A DNA stretch of 64,000 nt from Minisyncoccota bacterium (GCA_035627655.1 DASPLI010000001.1:398217-462216); one strand, 5' to 3'; counted from the first letter of the stretch, positions 1 through 10,247 are shown. Made by a program: numbers and translations. Notes: generated from the letters alone by a model not told the origin.

Positions 1-893
1 ATCGCCTTGATCACTTTGGCGTCTTCCGTTCGATCGTCATCCTCATCCTCGCGACTGGCGTAGATGGCCTCGATATCGAGGCCTCTCTCAACGCGCAGCA
101 GCCGGTTGTTGGTGTTGGTGAGAAAGCCTTTGAGCGTCCGGTAGTCGTCGCGCGCGCTCCGCAGGCTGCCGCCGATACCGTACCCGCTTGCGCCGGTACG
201 GACCGAAATTAGCATGCGAAGCTCGTCGATGCCGAGCGCCCGATCGATCGCTTCTTTTGCGATGGTGATCTGCAGCTTCGGGTCCTTGGTGCTTTTGGCG
301 ATATCGATTGCCGCAGTCACTGTCAGTTTTTCGCTGGCCGGACGAGCCGGGTCCATAAGCTGCTTCACCTGGAAGGGGAGCGCATTGAGCTTCAGGTAGT
401 TCTTCACGTGCGATGACGATTTGCGCGCCGTCGCAGCAATTTGATCCACCTTAGCCGAAAACGAAATTGGTTCCTTGATGTCGTTAAACAGTCGCTGATA
501 CGCGGCCGCCTCATCAAGGGGGACCAGATCTTCCCGTTGCAGGTTATGCAGAAGCGCTTTCTTGAAGTGGTGCGCTTCGTCATTCACCATGTCGACCCAC
601 GCAAGCATGATCGGGTCGGTGCCCGTCTGCTCGCCAATGAGGCCGAATGCCCGCCAGCGGCGTTCACCGCCAATGAGCACGAAGACATCGGATTGACGCG
701 AGTGCTTGCAGAGTTTTACCGGTTCTTGCTGACCTTCCGTTCTGATGCTGTGCGCGAGCTCCTCGATCCCTTTCGGATCGAAATAGCGCCGCGGTTGGCC
801 TTCATACGGGATGATCTTGCTGCGCCGAATCGGCAGGGGTTGACCCAACTGTTCGGCTTCCCGGGGCTCGAGTTTTCGAGCGGACTGTCCCAT
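1..893 (-). CDS. ParB/RepB/Spo0J-family protein (3' end runs off window)
   Basis: Manual translation from ATG at 893: MGQSARKLEPRE...YEGQPRRYFDPKGIEELAHSIRTEGQQEPV...LIGGERRWRA...NLQREDLVPLDEAAAY (ParB GERRxRA and NLQRxDL motifs); SD GAAAGGAG upstream; not in ORF track because truncated. Confidence 0.88.
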   Translation of the reverse strand, partial: MGQSARKLEPREAEQLGQPLPIRRSKIIPYEGQPRRYFDPKGIEELAHSIRTEGQQEPVKLCKHSRQSDVFVLIGGERRWRAFGLIGEQTGTDPIMLAWVDMVNDEAHHFKKALLHNLQREDLVPLDEAAAYQRLFNDIKEPISFSAKVDQIAATARKSSSHVKNYLKLNALPFQVKQLMDPARPASEKLTVTAAIDIAKSTKDPKLQITIAKEAIDRALGIDELRMLISVRTGASGYGIGGSLRSARDDYRTLKGFLTNTNNRLLRVERGLDIEAIYASREDEDDDRTEDAKVIKA

Positions 894-1003
894 TGATCTC
901 TCCTTTCGTTGTTTGGGGCGTCAAGGTACAGCTAGAAAGGATAGTGGCACACTCCTTTCTTCACAGCAACTTCTTGGACTCTGTTTGATATACTAGGGGT
1001 CAT

Positions 1004-1528
1004 ATGCGGCTTGTCGGCCTCCTCATTATTGTGCTCCTCCTCGCGCTTGGGGCAGGGTATCTATTTACGGAAAAGACGAATGCGCCGGTCGTCACGCCGG
1101 AAAACTCCTATGCCAACGATCGGTACGGCATTTCTTTCTCATATCCAACGAACTACACGCTGACCGAAAATCGTACTGATGCTGACGGCGTACAGTACGC
1201 GATCGTGCTCACGCGAAGCGGCGAAACGCTGCCGGTCAACGGCGAAGGACCGACGACGGTCACGATCACGGTCTTTGAAGACGCAACGCTTGATGAGTGG
1301 CTCGAGAGTCCGCGCTCAAACCTCATGCTTGGTAGCGGTGAGACCGAGCCTTCGATGGTCGGCGACATGGCCGCCGTTACGTTCCGCTGGTCAGGACTCT
1401 ATGAGGGAGAAACGACTGCGTTCCAGCACGGCGAGAACGTCATCGCGATTTCCAAAACCTGGATTGCGGAGGACGACGATACGCATGACGTCTACGTCTC
1501 AGTCCTCAACTCGTTTTCCTTTCGCTAA
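1004..1528 (+). CDS. Membrane-anchored extracytoplasmic hypothetical protein (PsbP-like YxNxxYGISFSYP motif)
   Basis: N-terminal TM helix, soluble domain; TATACT 9 nt upstream of ATG. Confidence 0.7.
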   Translation: MRLVGLLIIVLLLALGAGYLFTEKTNAPVVTPENSYANDRYGISFSYPTNYTLTENRTDADGVQYAIVLTRSGETLPVNGEGPTTVTITVFEDATLDEWLESPRSNLMLGSGETEPSMVGDMAAVTFRWSGLYEGETTAFQHGENVIAISKTWIAEDDDTHDVYVSVLNSFSFR

Positions 1529-1534
1529 CACCCC

Positions 1535-2305
1535 ATGAAGGAACATCACGTCTGGGCGTGGAAAGGAATGGGCGCCACGCTCATGGTGTTTGCGCTTGCC
1601 GTCCTGATCGGCGCATACGTGCTCCATCGTCCAACGCCAGACCGCAGCATCGAGGCGACTGATCTTTTGACGGCGTTCGGAGCAGAACTCAAAGATGTTG
1701 CGCTTCTTGGAAGCCCGGAAACTGTTTCCGCTTCGCTTGCACAAGAGTACGGCGCATACCTTGCGCCCGAGTTGCTTGCTGCGTGGCAGGCGGATCCGTC
1801 GCTTGCGCCGGGACGCTTGACCTCAAGCCCGTGGCCAGACCGCATCGACGTGGTGTCGGTAACGCAAGTGCTTGAAGATCGTGCATACCAGGCGGAGGTA
1901 AACGTGATTGAAGTGGCACATGGTGTTTCGGGCGAAGAAGAGGTGTCTCGCTATCCGGCAAGCGTTCGTATTGAAGAGCGTGCAGGAAAGCTCCTGATTG
2001 CTGAATTTCAGAAGGGTGAATACACCAACCTCCCGGCGCGCATGGTCGTAGAGGGCGAATACATCTGCCTGCCACACCGAAACCAGGAAGGACCGCAGAC
2101 GCTTGAGTGTGCGTTTGGACTTCAGGGAGACGACGGCAGCTACTATGCGCTCAGCTTCATGTTGCTCTCGTCGACTGACTGGACGAGCCTCTCGTCCGGC
2201 AGCCGCATTCGCGTTGAAGGGCCGTATGCACCTGACGACGGCACGTCCCGCTATCCGATAGTGGGAACGATCAGCGTTACAAGCTTGGAATTGCTTGATC
2301 AGTAA
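1535..2305 (+). CDS. Membrane-anchored hypothetical protein (PGRLTSSPWPDRI motif; C-terminal CLPH..TLECAFG domain)
   Basis: 256-aa ORF, N-terminal TM, operonic with upstream gene. Confidence 0.7.
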   Translation: MKEHHVWAWKGMGATLMVFALAVLIGAYVLHRPTPDRSIEATDLLTAFGAELKDVALLGSPETVSASLAQEYGAYLAPELLAAWQADPSLAPGRLTSSPWPDRIDVVSVTQVLEDRAYQAEVNVIEVAHGVSGEEEVSRYPASVRIEERAGKLLIAEFQKGEYTNLPARMVVEGEYICLPHRNQEGPQTLECAFGLQGDDGSYYALSFMLLSSTDWTSLSSGSRIRVEGPYAPDDGTSRYPIVGTISVTSLELLDQ

Positions 2306-2329
2306 TTACACCTACTCACTTTCTTATTT

Positions 2330-2749
2330 ATGGAACCAGTCAATATTGCTGCTGTTATTGCTGCCGCAGCCGCCTCATTCGTCATCGGCATGCTGTGGTA
2401 CGGACCGCTGTTTGGAAAGGTGTGGATGAAGATGATGGGCTTCACCGCAGAGAGCATGAAAGCAATGAAGCTCTCGCCTGTGACCGCAATGGTGATCGGC
2501 GCGATCACGACGCTGCTTACCGCATATGTACTTGCGCATGGCATTGTGTTTGGGAACATCGCAACCGGCATGTTTGGCGTTGGGGGCGGACTCACGGGCG
2601 CGTTCTGGTACTGGCTCGGGTTTGCCGTTCCACTGTCTGCCGGCGCGTTTCTATGGGAAGGAAAGAGCTTTAAGCTCTGGGCTTTCAACGCCGCCTACTA
2701 TCTCGTCTCCTTCCTGGTAATGGGAGCGATACTGGGTGCGTGGGCGTAG
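2330..2749 (+). CDS. DUF1761-family membrane protein
   Basis: N..AVIAAAAASFVIGMLWYGPLFGKVWM signature, 4 TM. Confidence 0.85.
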   Translation: MEPVNIAAVIAAAAASFVIGMLWYGPLFGKVWMKMMGFTAESMKAMKLSPVTAMVIGAITTLLTAYVLAHGIVFGNIATGMFGVGGGLTGAFWYWLGFAVPLSAGAFLWEGKSFKLWAFNAAYYLVSFLVMGAILGAWA

Positions 2750-3347
2750 GAATACTTCGCGGCAGTGTTCGAAACGTAATGGAGTAGCGAAGGGTCTCCA
2801 CCTTCGGAATGGAGTGCTGGTACTTCCAGCGGCTGTCTTTCTGCATGCAATAGGCGGAGCGCGGTTCAAGCGGAAGCGCGATGACGTCTTTCGGGTTTCG
2901 GTAGATGCCTGTCCGCTGTAGAGGTCGCAGCCGCATGCGGCACCAGCCAGCAAGTGAAATGCCGATAATGGAATCAAATGATTCGTTATCGCGGTGCCAG
3001 CCGATTGCAGACCCTGGCTGGTATTCAGTGACGAGCGCTTCAACGACGCGCGCCGGCGGTATATCAAGCCACTTGCCGATCTTTCGCTGCAGCGGCCGGA
3101 GGAACGGCGGCAACGGCGGGCCGGGAATCAGTTTCTCTTTCGCAAAGTCATAGCCCCAGCCAAACCCGATAATACGTCGCTTCGCGACGTATTCGCCAAG
3201 CCGGGAGTGGCTGAAGGGAAGGTCTTCAAAATATCCGAGCAGCTCCGTTTCTTCCTCAGGCGTCAGGAAGTCGGGGCGGTACACAAATCCGTTGGGAAGC
3301 GAAGTTCCCGTATCAAGGAGAGTGAGCTGGCTTCCGGCGCGCGGCAT
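2685..3347 (-). CDS. AlkB-like 2OG-Fe(II) dioxygenase
   Basis: YQPGSAIGWHRD (HxD), HSIP, RYSITFR motifs. Confidence 0.88.
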   Translation of the reverse strand: MPRAGSQLTLLDTGTSLPNGFVYRPDFLTPEEETELLGYFEDLPFSHSRLGEYVAKRRIIGFGWGYDFAKEKLIPGPPLPPFLRPLQRKIGKWLDIPPARVVEALVTEYQPGSAIGWHRDNESFDSIIGISLAGWCRMRLRPLQRTGIYRNPKDVIALPLEPRSAYCMQKDSRWKYQHSIPKVETLRYSITFRTLPRSIPTPTHPVSLPLPGRRRDSRRR

Positions 3348-3412
3348 ATAAAGACGCTAGCAAATGGCTATCCCCGCACCCTACACAAGTGTGAGGGTAT
3401 ACTGAGGGGCAT

Positions 3413-3910
3413 ATGACCACCCCGCAAACGAAAAGCATGTACCTGCGTAACTTTGTCTTCGGCGTCGAAGACAGTCTTGTTTCGACCGTCGGTCTTCTTT
3501 CCGGCGTCGCAATTGGCGGCATGGCGCAGAAAGAAATTCTCCTCACTGGTATCGTGCTTATTTTCGTCGAGGCTATCTCCATGGCTGCCGGCTCCTTCCT
3601 GTCCGAATCGTCTGCGGAAGAATATGAAACGCGACAGGACACGAACGGCGGCCGCGGATACCCAAGTGCCGCGATCATGTTCATCTCGTATTTCCTTTCC
3701 GGATTTATTCCGCTTGCGCCGTACGTGTTTCTCCCGATTACACAGGCCTTCCCGACGTCGATCGTGCTTTCGATCATTTCACTTGCACTTCTTGGTATGT
3801 TTGCTGCACGGCTGTCCGGCACGCGTCCGGTTGGCAGCATGATCCGCATGGCGCTCATTGGCGGACTGGCGATCGCGGTTGGTGTGCTTGCTGGCGCACT
3901 GATCGGTTAG
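3413..3910 (+). CDS. VIT1/CCC1-family Fe/Mn transporter
   Basis: LRNFVFGVEDSLVST..ISMAAGSFLS motifs. Confidence 0.88.
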   Translation: MTTPQTKSMYLRNFVFGVEDSLVSTVGLLSGVAIGGMAQKEILLTGIVLIFVEAISMAAGSFLSESSAEEYETRQDTNGGRGYPSAAIMFISYFLSGFIPLAPYVFLPITQAFPTSIVLSIISLALLGMFAARLSGTRPVGSMIRMALIGGLAIAVGVLAGALIG

Positions 3911-3952
3911 TTCATCCATCAGTCATAGAGAACGTCGTACGCTTTCGTGCAT

Positions 3953-4135
3953 ATGGCACGAAAATACGGACCAGCAGCAAGCAAGAAAGTAGAGAAGGCG
4001 GTGCATGAAATGAAACGCGGCCGCCTCAAAAGCGGGCGAAGCGGCAAGAAAGTCACGAGCCGCAAGCAAGCGGTCGCCATCGGCCTGTCCCAGGCACGCA
4101 AGCGCGGCGCAAAAGTGCCGCGGAAGCGAAGCTAA
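3953..4135 (+). CDS. Small basic protein, DUF6496-like
   Basis: HEMKRGRLKSGRSGKKVTSRKQAVAIGLSQAR signature. Confidence 0.8.
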   Translation: MARKYGPAASKKVEKAVHEMKRGRLKSGRSGKKVTSRKQAVAIGLSQARKRGAKVPRKRS

Positions 4136-4398
4136 CTTCACTTTTTCTTCAGTGCGTATACGCGAGACTGCGCATGTATGCACGCATCACCACACACCGG
4201 AGATTTTTGTTTGTGCTTGTCGTGCCGCGGAGGCACGGCAGCCGTCAATACATTTGAACGATTTACCAGCGTTTTGCACCAGCGGTCATTTCGAGACACG
4301 GACGGTCGTCTATATAGGGGTCGGGACTCGTTCTCGGCACGTCGATATTATCAACCCTCATTCGGCGCGTTTCCGTTTGGGGCGCGCCCAAAAACGGG

Positions 4399-4872
4399 AT
4401 GACCCTCTCTAAGACACTACTTGTTCTCATTGCCGCATTTACTGTTGCGACTCCGATCGCACTTGCCGAATCGCCTTACAAGTCGTTTGGGACGCCAACG
4501 GTCGCTATCGGTGCGAGCGGCACTGCGCTGGTGCGCGGCGCCATCGTACGCTCCGTCTCCGATACCACGATCGTTGCCCGAACCAGCTGGAGTGGGGCAG
4601 AGCTCGACTGGACCCTTCGTACGGACAGCAACACGGATTTCCTCGCCAAGAACGGAAATGACGAAGAGCTCTCTGATATTGCCGTCGGCGACCTCATCAG
4701 TTTCTCTGGTGATCTAGACGGTAACCTAGTGGTTGACGTAGATACGGTGCGTGAATGGCCAGCCTCCGATGATAGTGTGAATGAGAACAACGACAAGGAT
4801 GCCAAGGATCATGAGCGCGGCCCTTGGCGTCCCTTCCTCAAGTTCTGGGAGCGTATCAGTCTTAACTTCTAA
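4399..4872 (+). CDS. Secreted hypothetical protein (DUF5666/OB-like)
   Basis: Signal peptide (..PIALA), LSDIAVGDLISFSG motif. Confidence 0.65.
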   Translation: MTLSKTLLVLIAAFTVATPIALAESPYKSFGTPTVAIGASGTALVRGAIVRSVSDTTIVARTSWSGAELDWTLRTDSNTDFLAKNGNDEELSDIAVGDLISFSGDLDGNLVVDVDTVREWPASDDSVNENNDKDAKDHERGPWRPFLKFWERISLNF

Positions 4873-4980
4873 GCACTCCTAACGCCCCAAGAAGTGCCCT
4901 GCCACCCGGCAGGGTGCTTCTTATGCCCTCACCGGCTCTTAACCAAACTCGTAATATAGGTCATAGTAAATCGTTAATAT

Positions 4981-5490
4981 ATGCGGAGCAGCACGGACCA
5001 GGCGGCATTCCTCGAGGCGTACGACCAGTACGCCGATACCATCTTTCGCCTGTGCTACGGCAAGACGGGGAATCGTGAAGAGGCCAAGGATATGGCCCAG
5101 GAGGTGTTTGTCCGTGTCTGGGAGCGGCTCGGGAAGGAGGGTCAGGAAATTGAGAATTTGCGCGCGTTTCTCTTTACGGTCGCACGCAACCTCATCAAGG
5201 ACTACTACAAAAAGAAGAAGCCTATCCTTGAGCGCGACCTTCCCGAAGGGGCCATGGAAGCGATGCCGGTTGAAGGAGATCATGTCCTTCAGAGCGAGAC
5301 GAAGCTCGCCCTGAAAGCTCTCCAAGAACTTTCCGACCCGTATCGCGAAGCGCTCACGCTCCATCTCGTCGAGGGACTGCCGATCGGCGAGATTGCGAAG
5401 CTGCTCGGCGAGCGGCCGAACACCATTTCAGTCCGGGTAAAGCGTGGCATTGAGAAGGTGCGCGTCACGCTCAAAATAGACACACTATGA
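4981..5490 (+). CDS. ECF-type RNA polymerase sigma-70 factor
   Basis: Region 2 (AKDMAQEVFVRVW..RAFLFTVARN) and region 4 (EIAKLLGERPNTISVRVKRG). Confidence 0.92.
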   Translation: MRSSTDQAAFLEAYDQYADTIFRLCYGKTGNREEAKDMAQEVFVRVWERLGKEGQEIENLRAFLFTVARNLIKDYYKKKKPILERDLPEGAMEAMPVEGDHVLQSETKLALKALQELSDPYREALTLHLVEGLPIGEIAKLLGERPNTISVRVKRGIEKVRVTLKIDTL

Positions 5491-6629
5491 AAGATATAAA
5501 AAACATTTTCATACAAGCACGCCAGGACCTCGAGCTTACGCCGGAGGAGCGTTCGCATATGCGAAGCGAGATCATGCGTGCCATGCATACGCCGGAAACC
5601 GTGCTCGTCGCCGTTCCGTCGCCGTTTGTCTTTTTGTTCAAGCCAGCATATGCGCTTGCTGCGCTCATGCTAGTGATCGTAGTTGGCGGCGGTTCGGCTG
5701 CGGCTGCAGCAGAAGAAGCGCTCCCGGGAGATACGCTCTACGGCATCAAGCTTGCGGTGAACGAGCGACTTGAACGCGCAGTTGCCGTAACGCCAGAAGC
5801 GCGCGCAACCGTGGAAGTGCGTCAGGCACAGGAACGCTTGCAGGAAGTTGAGCTTCTTGCGGCGGTCGGTGACGTTGAAGAAACGACGCTCGATGAGGCT
5901 GCAGCAAAGGTGGAAGAGCATATTGCGCGCGTCGATGAGGTTGCACAGGAATTGCTTGAAGAGGGGGATGAGACCGCGGCAGATGCGGTGCATGCTAAGC
6001 TCACCGCCGCGCTTGCAACGCACGCAGACATTCTCCATGCGCAGTCTGAAGATGCAGACGAGGATGAGCAGCGAAGCCTGCGCCTTCTGGCGCTTACGGT
6101 TCGCAACGCTGCAGGCCAGGCGCTTGAAGCGCAGGACGAAGCCATTCCGCGTGCTGACCAGGACGAAGAGCGTTCGGAACGGCTTGCGACCGCGCGCAAG
6201 GAAAGCGTTGAGCGCAGCATGGAGAAGCTTGCTGAAGGTTTGCGCGATGACGGCATTGCGCCGGAGAGTCAGGAAGAATTGTCTGCCGAGTATCTTGAGC
6301 TTGAGGGGGAGATGGCAGAAGCGCTCGCATTTTATGAATCAGGCGAGTTCCGCCAGGCGGCAAATGCGTACGAAAAGATTGATGCACGTGCCTCACGCAC
6401 CCTAATCCTCTTCGCGTCTGCCAAGCGCATCGAGGAACATACCGATAAGGAAGTATTGATCACGCTTGAGAAGATAGTGCCGGTTGCTGCAACAGAAGAG
6501 GCAGCACCCATGCTTATGATGGAAGCGGCAACCTTTGATACCCGCATGATGAAGGCTCCAGAGGAAGATGAGCCGGAAATGCGAAGGCAGGAGTTCCGGT
6601 TCCGCGTGAGGGATCGAGACCAAGACTAG
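5487..6629 (+). CDS. Putative anti-sigma factor, DUF5667-domain protein
   Basis: ATGA overlap with ECF stop; single TM followed by ALPGDTLYGIKLAVNE motif and helical domain. Confidence 0.75.
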   Translation: MKDIKNIFIQARQDLELTPEERSHMRSEIMRAMHTPETVLVAVPSPFVFLFKPAYALAALMLVIVVGGGSAAAAAEEALPGDTLYGIKLAVNERLERAVAVTPEARATVEVRQAQERLQEVELLAAVGDVEETTLDEAAAKVEEHIARVDEVAQELLEEGDETAADAVHAKLTAALATHADILHAQSEDADEDEQRSLRLLALTVRNAAGQALEAQDEAIPRADQDEERSERLATARKESVERSMEKLAEGLRDDGIAPESQEELSAEYLELEGEMAEALAFYESGEFRQAANAYEKIDARASRTLILFASAKRIEEHTDKEVLITLEKIVPVAATEEAAPMLMMEAATFDTRMMKAPEEDEPEMRRQEFRFRVRDRDQD

Positions 6630-6636
6630 CAACAAG

Positions 6637-6668
6637 AAACCGCGCCCTTTTGGAAGGGGCGCGGTTTT
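6637..6668. terminator. Bidirectional intrinsic terminator
   Basis: AAACCGCGCCCTT-TTGG-AAGGGGCGCGGTTTT between convergent genes. Confidence 0.75.
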
Positions 6669-6690
6669 GTATTGTTCGCAACGCTCACTC

Positions 6691-7062
6691 CTAGGGAGTG
6701 ATTTGCCGGCTCGACCACAGCAGCACGGACGCTGAGGCGCCGAGCATGAGCGCATAGAGCACGTTCGGCAGAGCCATGCCGCCGACCGGATTGACGAGCA
6801 GTACGCTGCTAAACGCAAGCAGCACCAGTGCCGCGATCCCGAGCGGGATCGCATCGGTGGTGTTGAGCGAGAAGGCGAGCGCGATGAATCCGGTCAGACC
6901 GCCGGCTGCAGCAAGCACGCCGATAGCGTACATGACATGCTCCGGCTCGACGCCGATAGCGAAGAGCCAGTCGAAGGGGCCGATCGGTCCGAAGAATACG
7001 AACACCCCGGTGAGCGCAGCTGCCAAACCAATCACGAAGAGAACAAACTTCAAAAAACCCAT
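6691..7062 (-). CDS. Orphan small membrane protein (4 TM)
   Basis: Hydrophobic 123 aa; GGAG SD; own TTGACA promoter at 7141-7146. Confidence 0.7.
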   Translation of the reverse strand: MGFLKFVLFVIGLAAALTGVFVFFGPIGPFDWLFAIGVEPEHVMYAIGVLAAAGGLTGFIALAFSLNTTDAIPLGIAALVLLAFSSVLLVNPVGGMALPNVLYALMLGASASVLLWSSRQITP

Positions 7063-7142
7063 CTGGATTGCTCCGTCTATGAGTATGACCCCATCCCAAC
7101 ACGGGTGGGCTGGATATAACTATACGATACTAACTATTTCTG

Positions 7143-10100
7143 TCAACTAAGCCGCACGTATCGGTCTTTGACCGCTTTCCCAGGATGACGGTAGTAGAGG
7201 ACAGGGATAAGGATGAGGGTGAGCACCATAGACCAGGCAAGGCCGAACATGATGGCGAAGGCCAGGGGACCCCAGATTTCAGAGGCAAACGAGAGCGGGA
7301 TCATACCAACGACGGTTGTGATGGTGGTGAGGACAATCGGACGGAAGCGCGAGGAAGCTGCTTCGATCACTACTTCTTCAAGCGAATGGTCCGGCTGTTC
7401 GCGTCCAATACGCGCGATCGAGTCCATGAGAATGATCGCGTGGTTGATGATGACGCCGGCAAGCGCGATCACGCCGAGCATCGACGGGAATGAGAGCGGA
7501 GCGCCGGTAATCATCAGGCCGACAAGCACGCCGATAAGGGAAAGCGGAATGATGGAAAGCAGGTAGAACGAGTGGCGGAACGAGTTGAACTCAAGCACGA
7601 GAATACAAAGCATGAGCGCTGCACCTGCAAGCAGGGCAATACCCATTTCCGCAAATGATTTATTGACGTCCTCGCTCTCGCCGCCCACTTTGAGAGCAAC
7701 GCCTTCTGGGAGTCCGGCTTCGCGGACGCGCGTCTGGAGATCCGCAGAAATCTGCAGCGCGTTTGCGCCTGCTGCCACGTCGCTTGAGACGGTCGCGATG
7801 CGCTCGCCGTCTTCGTGGCGGATAACGCTCGCTGCCGGCTCATACGTGATCGTTGCGATAGAGGACAGCGGCACGAATCCGCGAGTGCCCGGGATAAGGA
7901 GCGCACGCACCGCATCAATCGTTGCGTGTGTCGTTTGCGACGGATCAGCGTAGGCGGCATTGAGATCAAGCTTCGTGCGAATCTCAATGTCCTGCTCTCC
8001 GGAGCGAATTGAGGCAGCCTTGGTGCTATAAAGTGCGCCGCGCAATATTTCAGACACGCTTGCCGGTGAGACGCCAAGCGATGCAGCCTTTGCGCGGTCA
8101 AGCGTCACGACAAATTCCGGCGCGTCGTTTCGCGTCGAGGTGGTGACGTTTACCGCTCCTGGCATGTCCGCGAGAATACGCGCTGCCCCTTCTGCCGCTT
8201 CGGTAAGCGATGCCATATCTTCGCCGCTAAAGGTAAGCGAGATTGGCGTACCAGACGGCGGGCCACCTGCGGGTTCTGAGACGCGAAGCGTTGCTGAGGT
8301 GATATCGGCAAGGCGTTCGCGCAACTGTGCAACCACTTCCGAGCTTGGCTTATGGTCATCGGCGAGGTTCACGGTGATGTTTGCCGTCTTGCTGCCGCTA
8401 CCGCCCGAGGCGCCGAAGTAGCTTGCTGCGCCGACTTCAGATACGAAGGAGGCAATCTGCGGATCTCCATAAAGGCGCTCTTCAATCTCACGCACAGCAA
8501 GGTCGGTCGCTTCAAGCGTGGATCCCTGCTGCTTTTCTATATCGATATAGATAAAATCGGAATTTTCACCCGGGAAGAAGATCGTTTTCACTGCGCCGGT
8601 TGCCGGGAGAATGATTGCAAGCACGAAGAGACCTACCATGCTCCAGATGAAGCGGTTGGCTTTCTTTGGATTGTCCAAGAGGTCCTTGAGGAATCGCTCG
8701 TACCAAGCACGTGCCTTGCGGTTGTATTCCTCCTGCAGGTGCTGGGTTTTGGAGTGCGACGGGCGGATGATGTACATCGCAAATAGCGGCACGAGACCAA
8801 GCGCGACGAAGATGGAGGCAAGCAACACGAAAATAACCGTAAACGGAATAGATGCGACGAACTTGCCGACAATGCCGGAGAGGAAGAAGAGCGGGACGAA
8901 TACCGCGATTGTGGTGAAGGTGCCGGCAGTCAGCGGCGTTGCGTACTCGCGAATGGCGTTGATGGCCGCAGCGCGCTTGTCGCCGGTTGCGATAAAGCGG
9001 GTATGGATCGCCTCAACAACTACGATGCCGGTATCCACCAAGATGCCGATTGCGAGAATCAGGGAGAAGAGGGAAATGAAGTTGATGGTATTGCCGGAGG
9101 CATAGATGCCCATGAAGGCAATAAGGAACGAGAGCGGAATGGAAATTGCTGCGGCGATTGATTCGCGCCAGCCGATCGTTGCGATGAGCATCAGCATCAC
9201 GAGCGCAACCGTCTCAAAGCCAACGCGCGAGAGCTCGGTGAGATCATGCTCGACGTACTCCGCCGCGTCGTAGGAGATTACCGTCTGCGTACCGGCAAGA
9301 ACGGAGGACTCCAGTTCCTTGAGCTTTTCTTTTACCGCGTTGCCTGTATCGACCACATTGCCGCCGCGGCTCTTGAAGACGGAAAGGGTGAGGGCTGGCT
9401 GTGAGGGTGCGCCATTTACGGAGACGCGCGAGAAGCTGGTCGGATCTGAGAGGCCATCTACCACGTCTGCAACATCGCCGACGCGAATCGGGGTGCCGTT
9501 TGGTCCGGCAATCGGAACGTTGCGGACGTCATCGGTGTCCGTGATACCGGCATCAAGGCGAACGGCGTACGTAATGTCGTCAACGACGATCGTGCCAGCC
9601 GGGCTTCCCGTTCCCGCGCTCATAAGGGCGCGCGTTACGTCTCCAAGCGAAAGGCCATACTGACGCAGGCGCTCCTGGCGTACGATGACCTGCACTTGGC
9701 GATCGCGAACGCCCGAGAGGCGCACTTCGGAAATTCCGGCGAGCCGTTCGATCTCGTCTTTCACCTCAATGCCGACCGCAGTCAGCTCCGCAGGAGAGAA
9801 GTCGCCTGAAATAGAAGCGATCATGATCGGCTGATCTGCAAAGTTCACGTCAGTCACGATCGGGTCTTCCGCATCTTCCGGCAGCTCGCCCTGCACCTTC
9901 TCAACTTCGTCCTTCAAGAGCTGGATGGACGCTTCGATATCTGCGGAAGCGGAAAATTCTACTGAAATAGAGGACACGCCCTCGCCGGACGTCGAAGTCA
10001 CTTTCGATACGTTTTCAACGCCAAGAATGCGGTCCTCGATCTTGTCGGTCACTAGGCGTTCAACGTCCTCGCTTGAAGCGCCCGGGAGAATCGTTGTGAC

Positions 10101-10241
10101 GATGCCAACCGGAATCTGAATCTCCGGCGAGCTTTCCTTTGGAATGGCAAGCATCGCGATGAAGCCGCCAATCGTCAGCACGATGGTCAGGAGAATCGTG
10201 AAGTGGTGCCGATCAAGGAAGAAAGTCCAGAACCTAGTCAT
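7143..10241 (-). CDS. RND efflux transporter permease (AcrB/AcrD/AcrF)
   Basis: 1032 aa, AIGILVDTGIVVVE and SRFRPIVLTTITT motifs. Confidence 0.95.
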   Translation of the reverse strand: MTRFWTFFLDRHHFTILLTIVLTIGGFIAMLAIPKESSPEIQIPVGIVTTILPGASSEDVERLVTDKIEDRILGVENVSKVTSTSGEGVSSISVEFSASADIEASIQLLKDEVEKVQGELPEDAEDPIVTDVNFADQPIMIASISGDFSPAELTAVGIEVKDEIERLAGISEVRLSGVRDRQVQVIVRQERLRQYGLSLGDVTRALMSAGTGSPAGTIVVDDITYAVRLDAGITDTDDVRNVPIAGPNGTPIRVGDVADVVDGLSDPTSFSRVSVNGAPSQPALTLSVFKSRGGNVVDTGNAVKEKLKELESSVLAGTQTVISYDAAEYVEHDLTELSRVGFETVALVMLMLIATIGWRESIAAAISIPLSFLIAFMGIYASGNTINFISLFSLILAIGILVDTGIVVVEAIHTRFIATGDKRAAAINAIREYATPLTAGTFTTIAVFVPLFFLSGIVGKFVASIPFTVIFVLLASIFVALGLVPLFAMYIIRPSHSKTQHLQEEYNRKARAWYERFLKDLLDNPKKANRFIWSMVGLFVLAIILPATGAVKTIFFPGENSDFIYIDIEKQQGSTLEATDLAVREIEERLYGDPQIASFVSEVGAASYFGASGGSGSKTANITVNLADDHKPSSEVVAQLRERLADITSATLRVSEPAGGPPSGTPISLTFSGEDMASLTEAAEGAARILADMPGAVNVTTSTRNDAPEFVVTLDRAKAASLGVSPASVSEILRGALYSTKAASIRSGEQDIEIRTKLDLNAAYADPSQTTHATIDAVRALLIPGTRGFVPLSSIATITYEPAASVIRHEDGERIATVSSDVAAGANALQISADLQTRVREAGLPEGVALKVGGESEDVNKSFAEMGIALLAGAALMLCILVLEFNSFRHSFYLLSIIPLSLIGVLVGLMITGAPLSFPSMLGVIALAGVIINHAIILMDSIARIGREQPDHSLEEVVIEAASSRFRPIVLTTITTVVGMIPLSFASEIWGPLAFAIMFGLAWSMVLTLILIPVLYYRHPGKAVKDRYVRLS

Positions 10242-10247
10242 GGGCGG

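Noticed and set aside
441-896. Plus-strand 151-aa ORF
   Set aside because: Antisense shadow of the ParB-family gene
2685-2749. 65-nt convergent overlap of AlkB-like and DUF1761 genes
   Set aside because: Probably a non-conserved C-terminal extension after the RYSITFR motif; common in compact genomes
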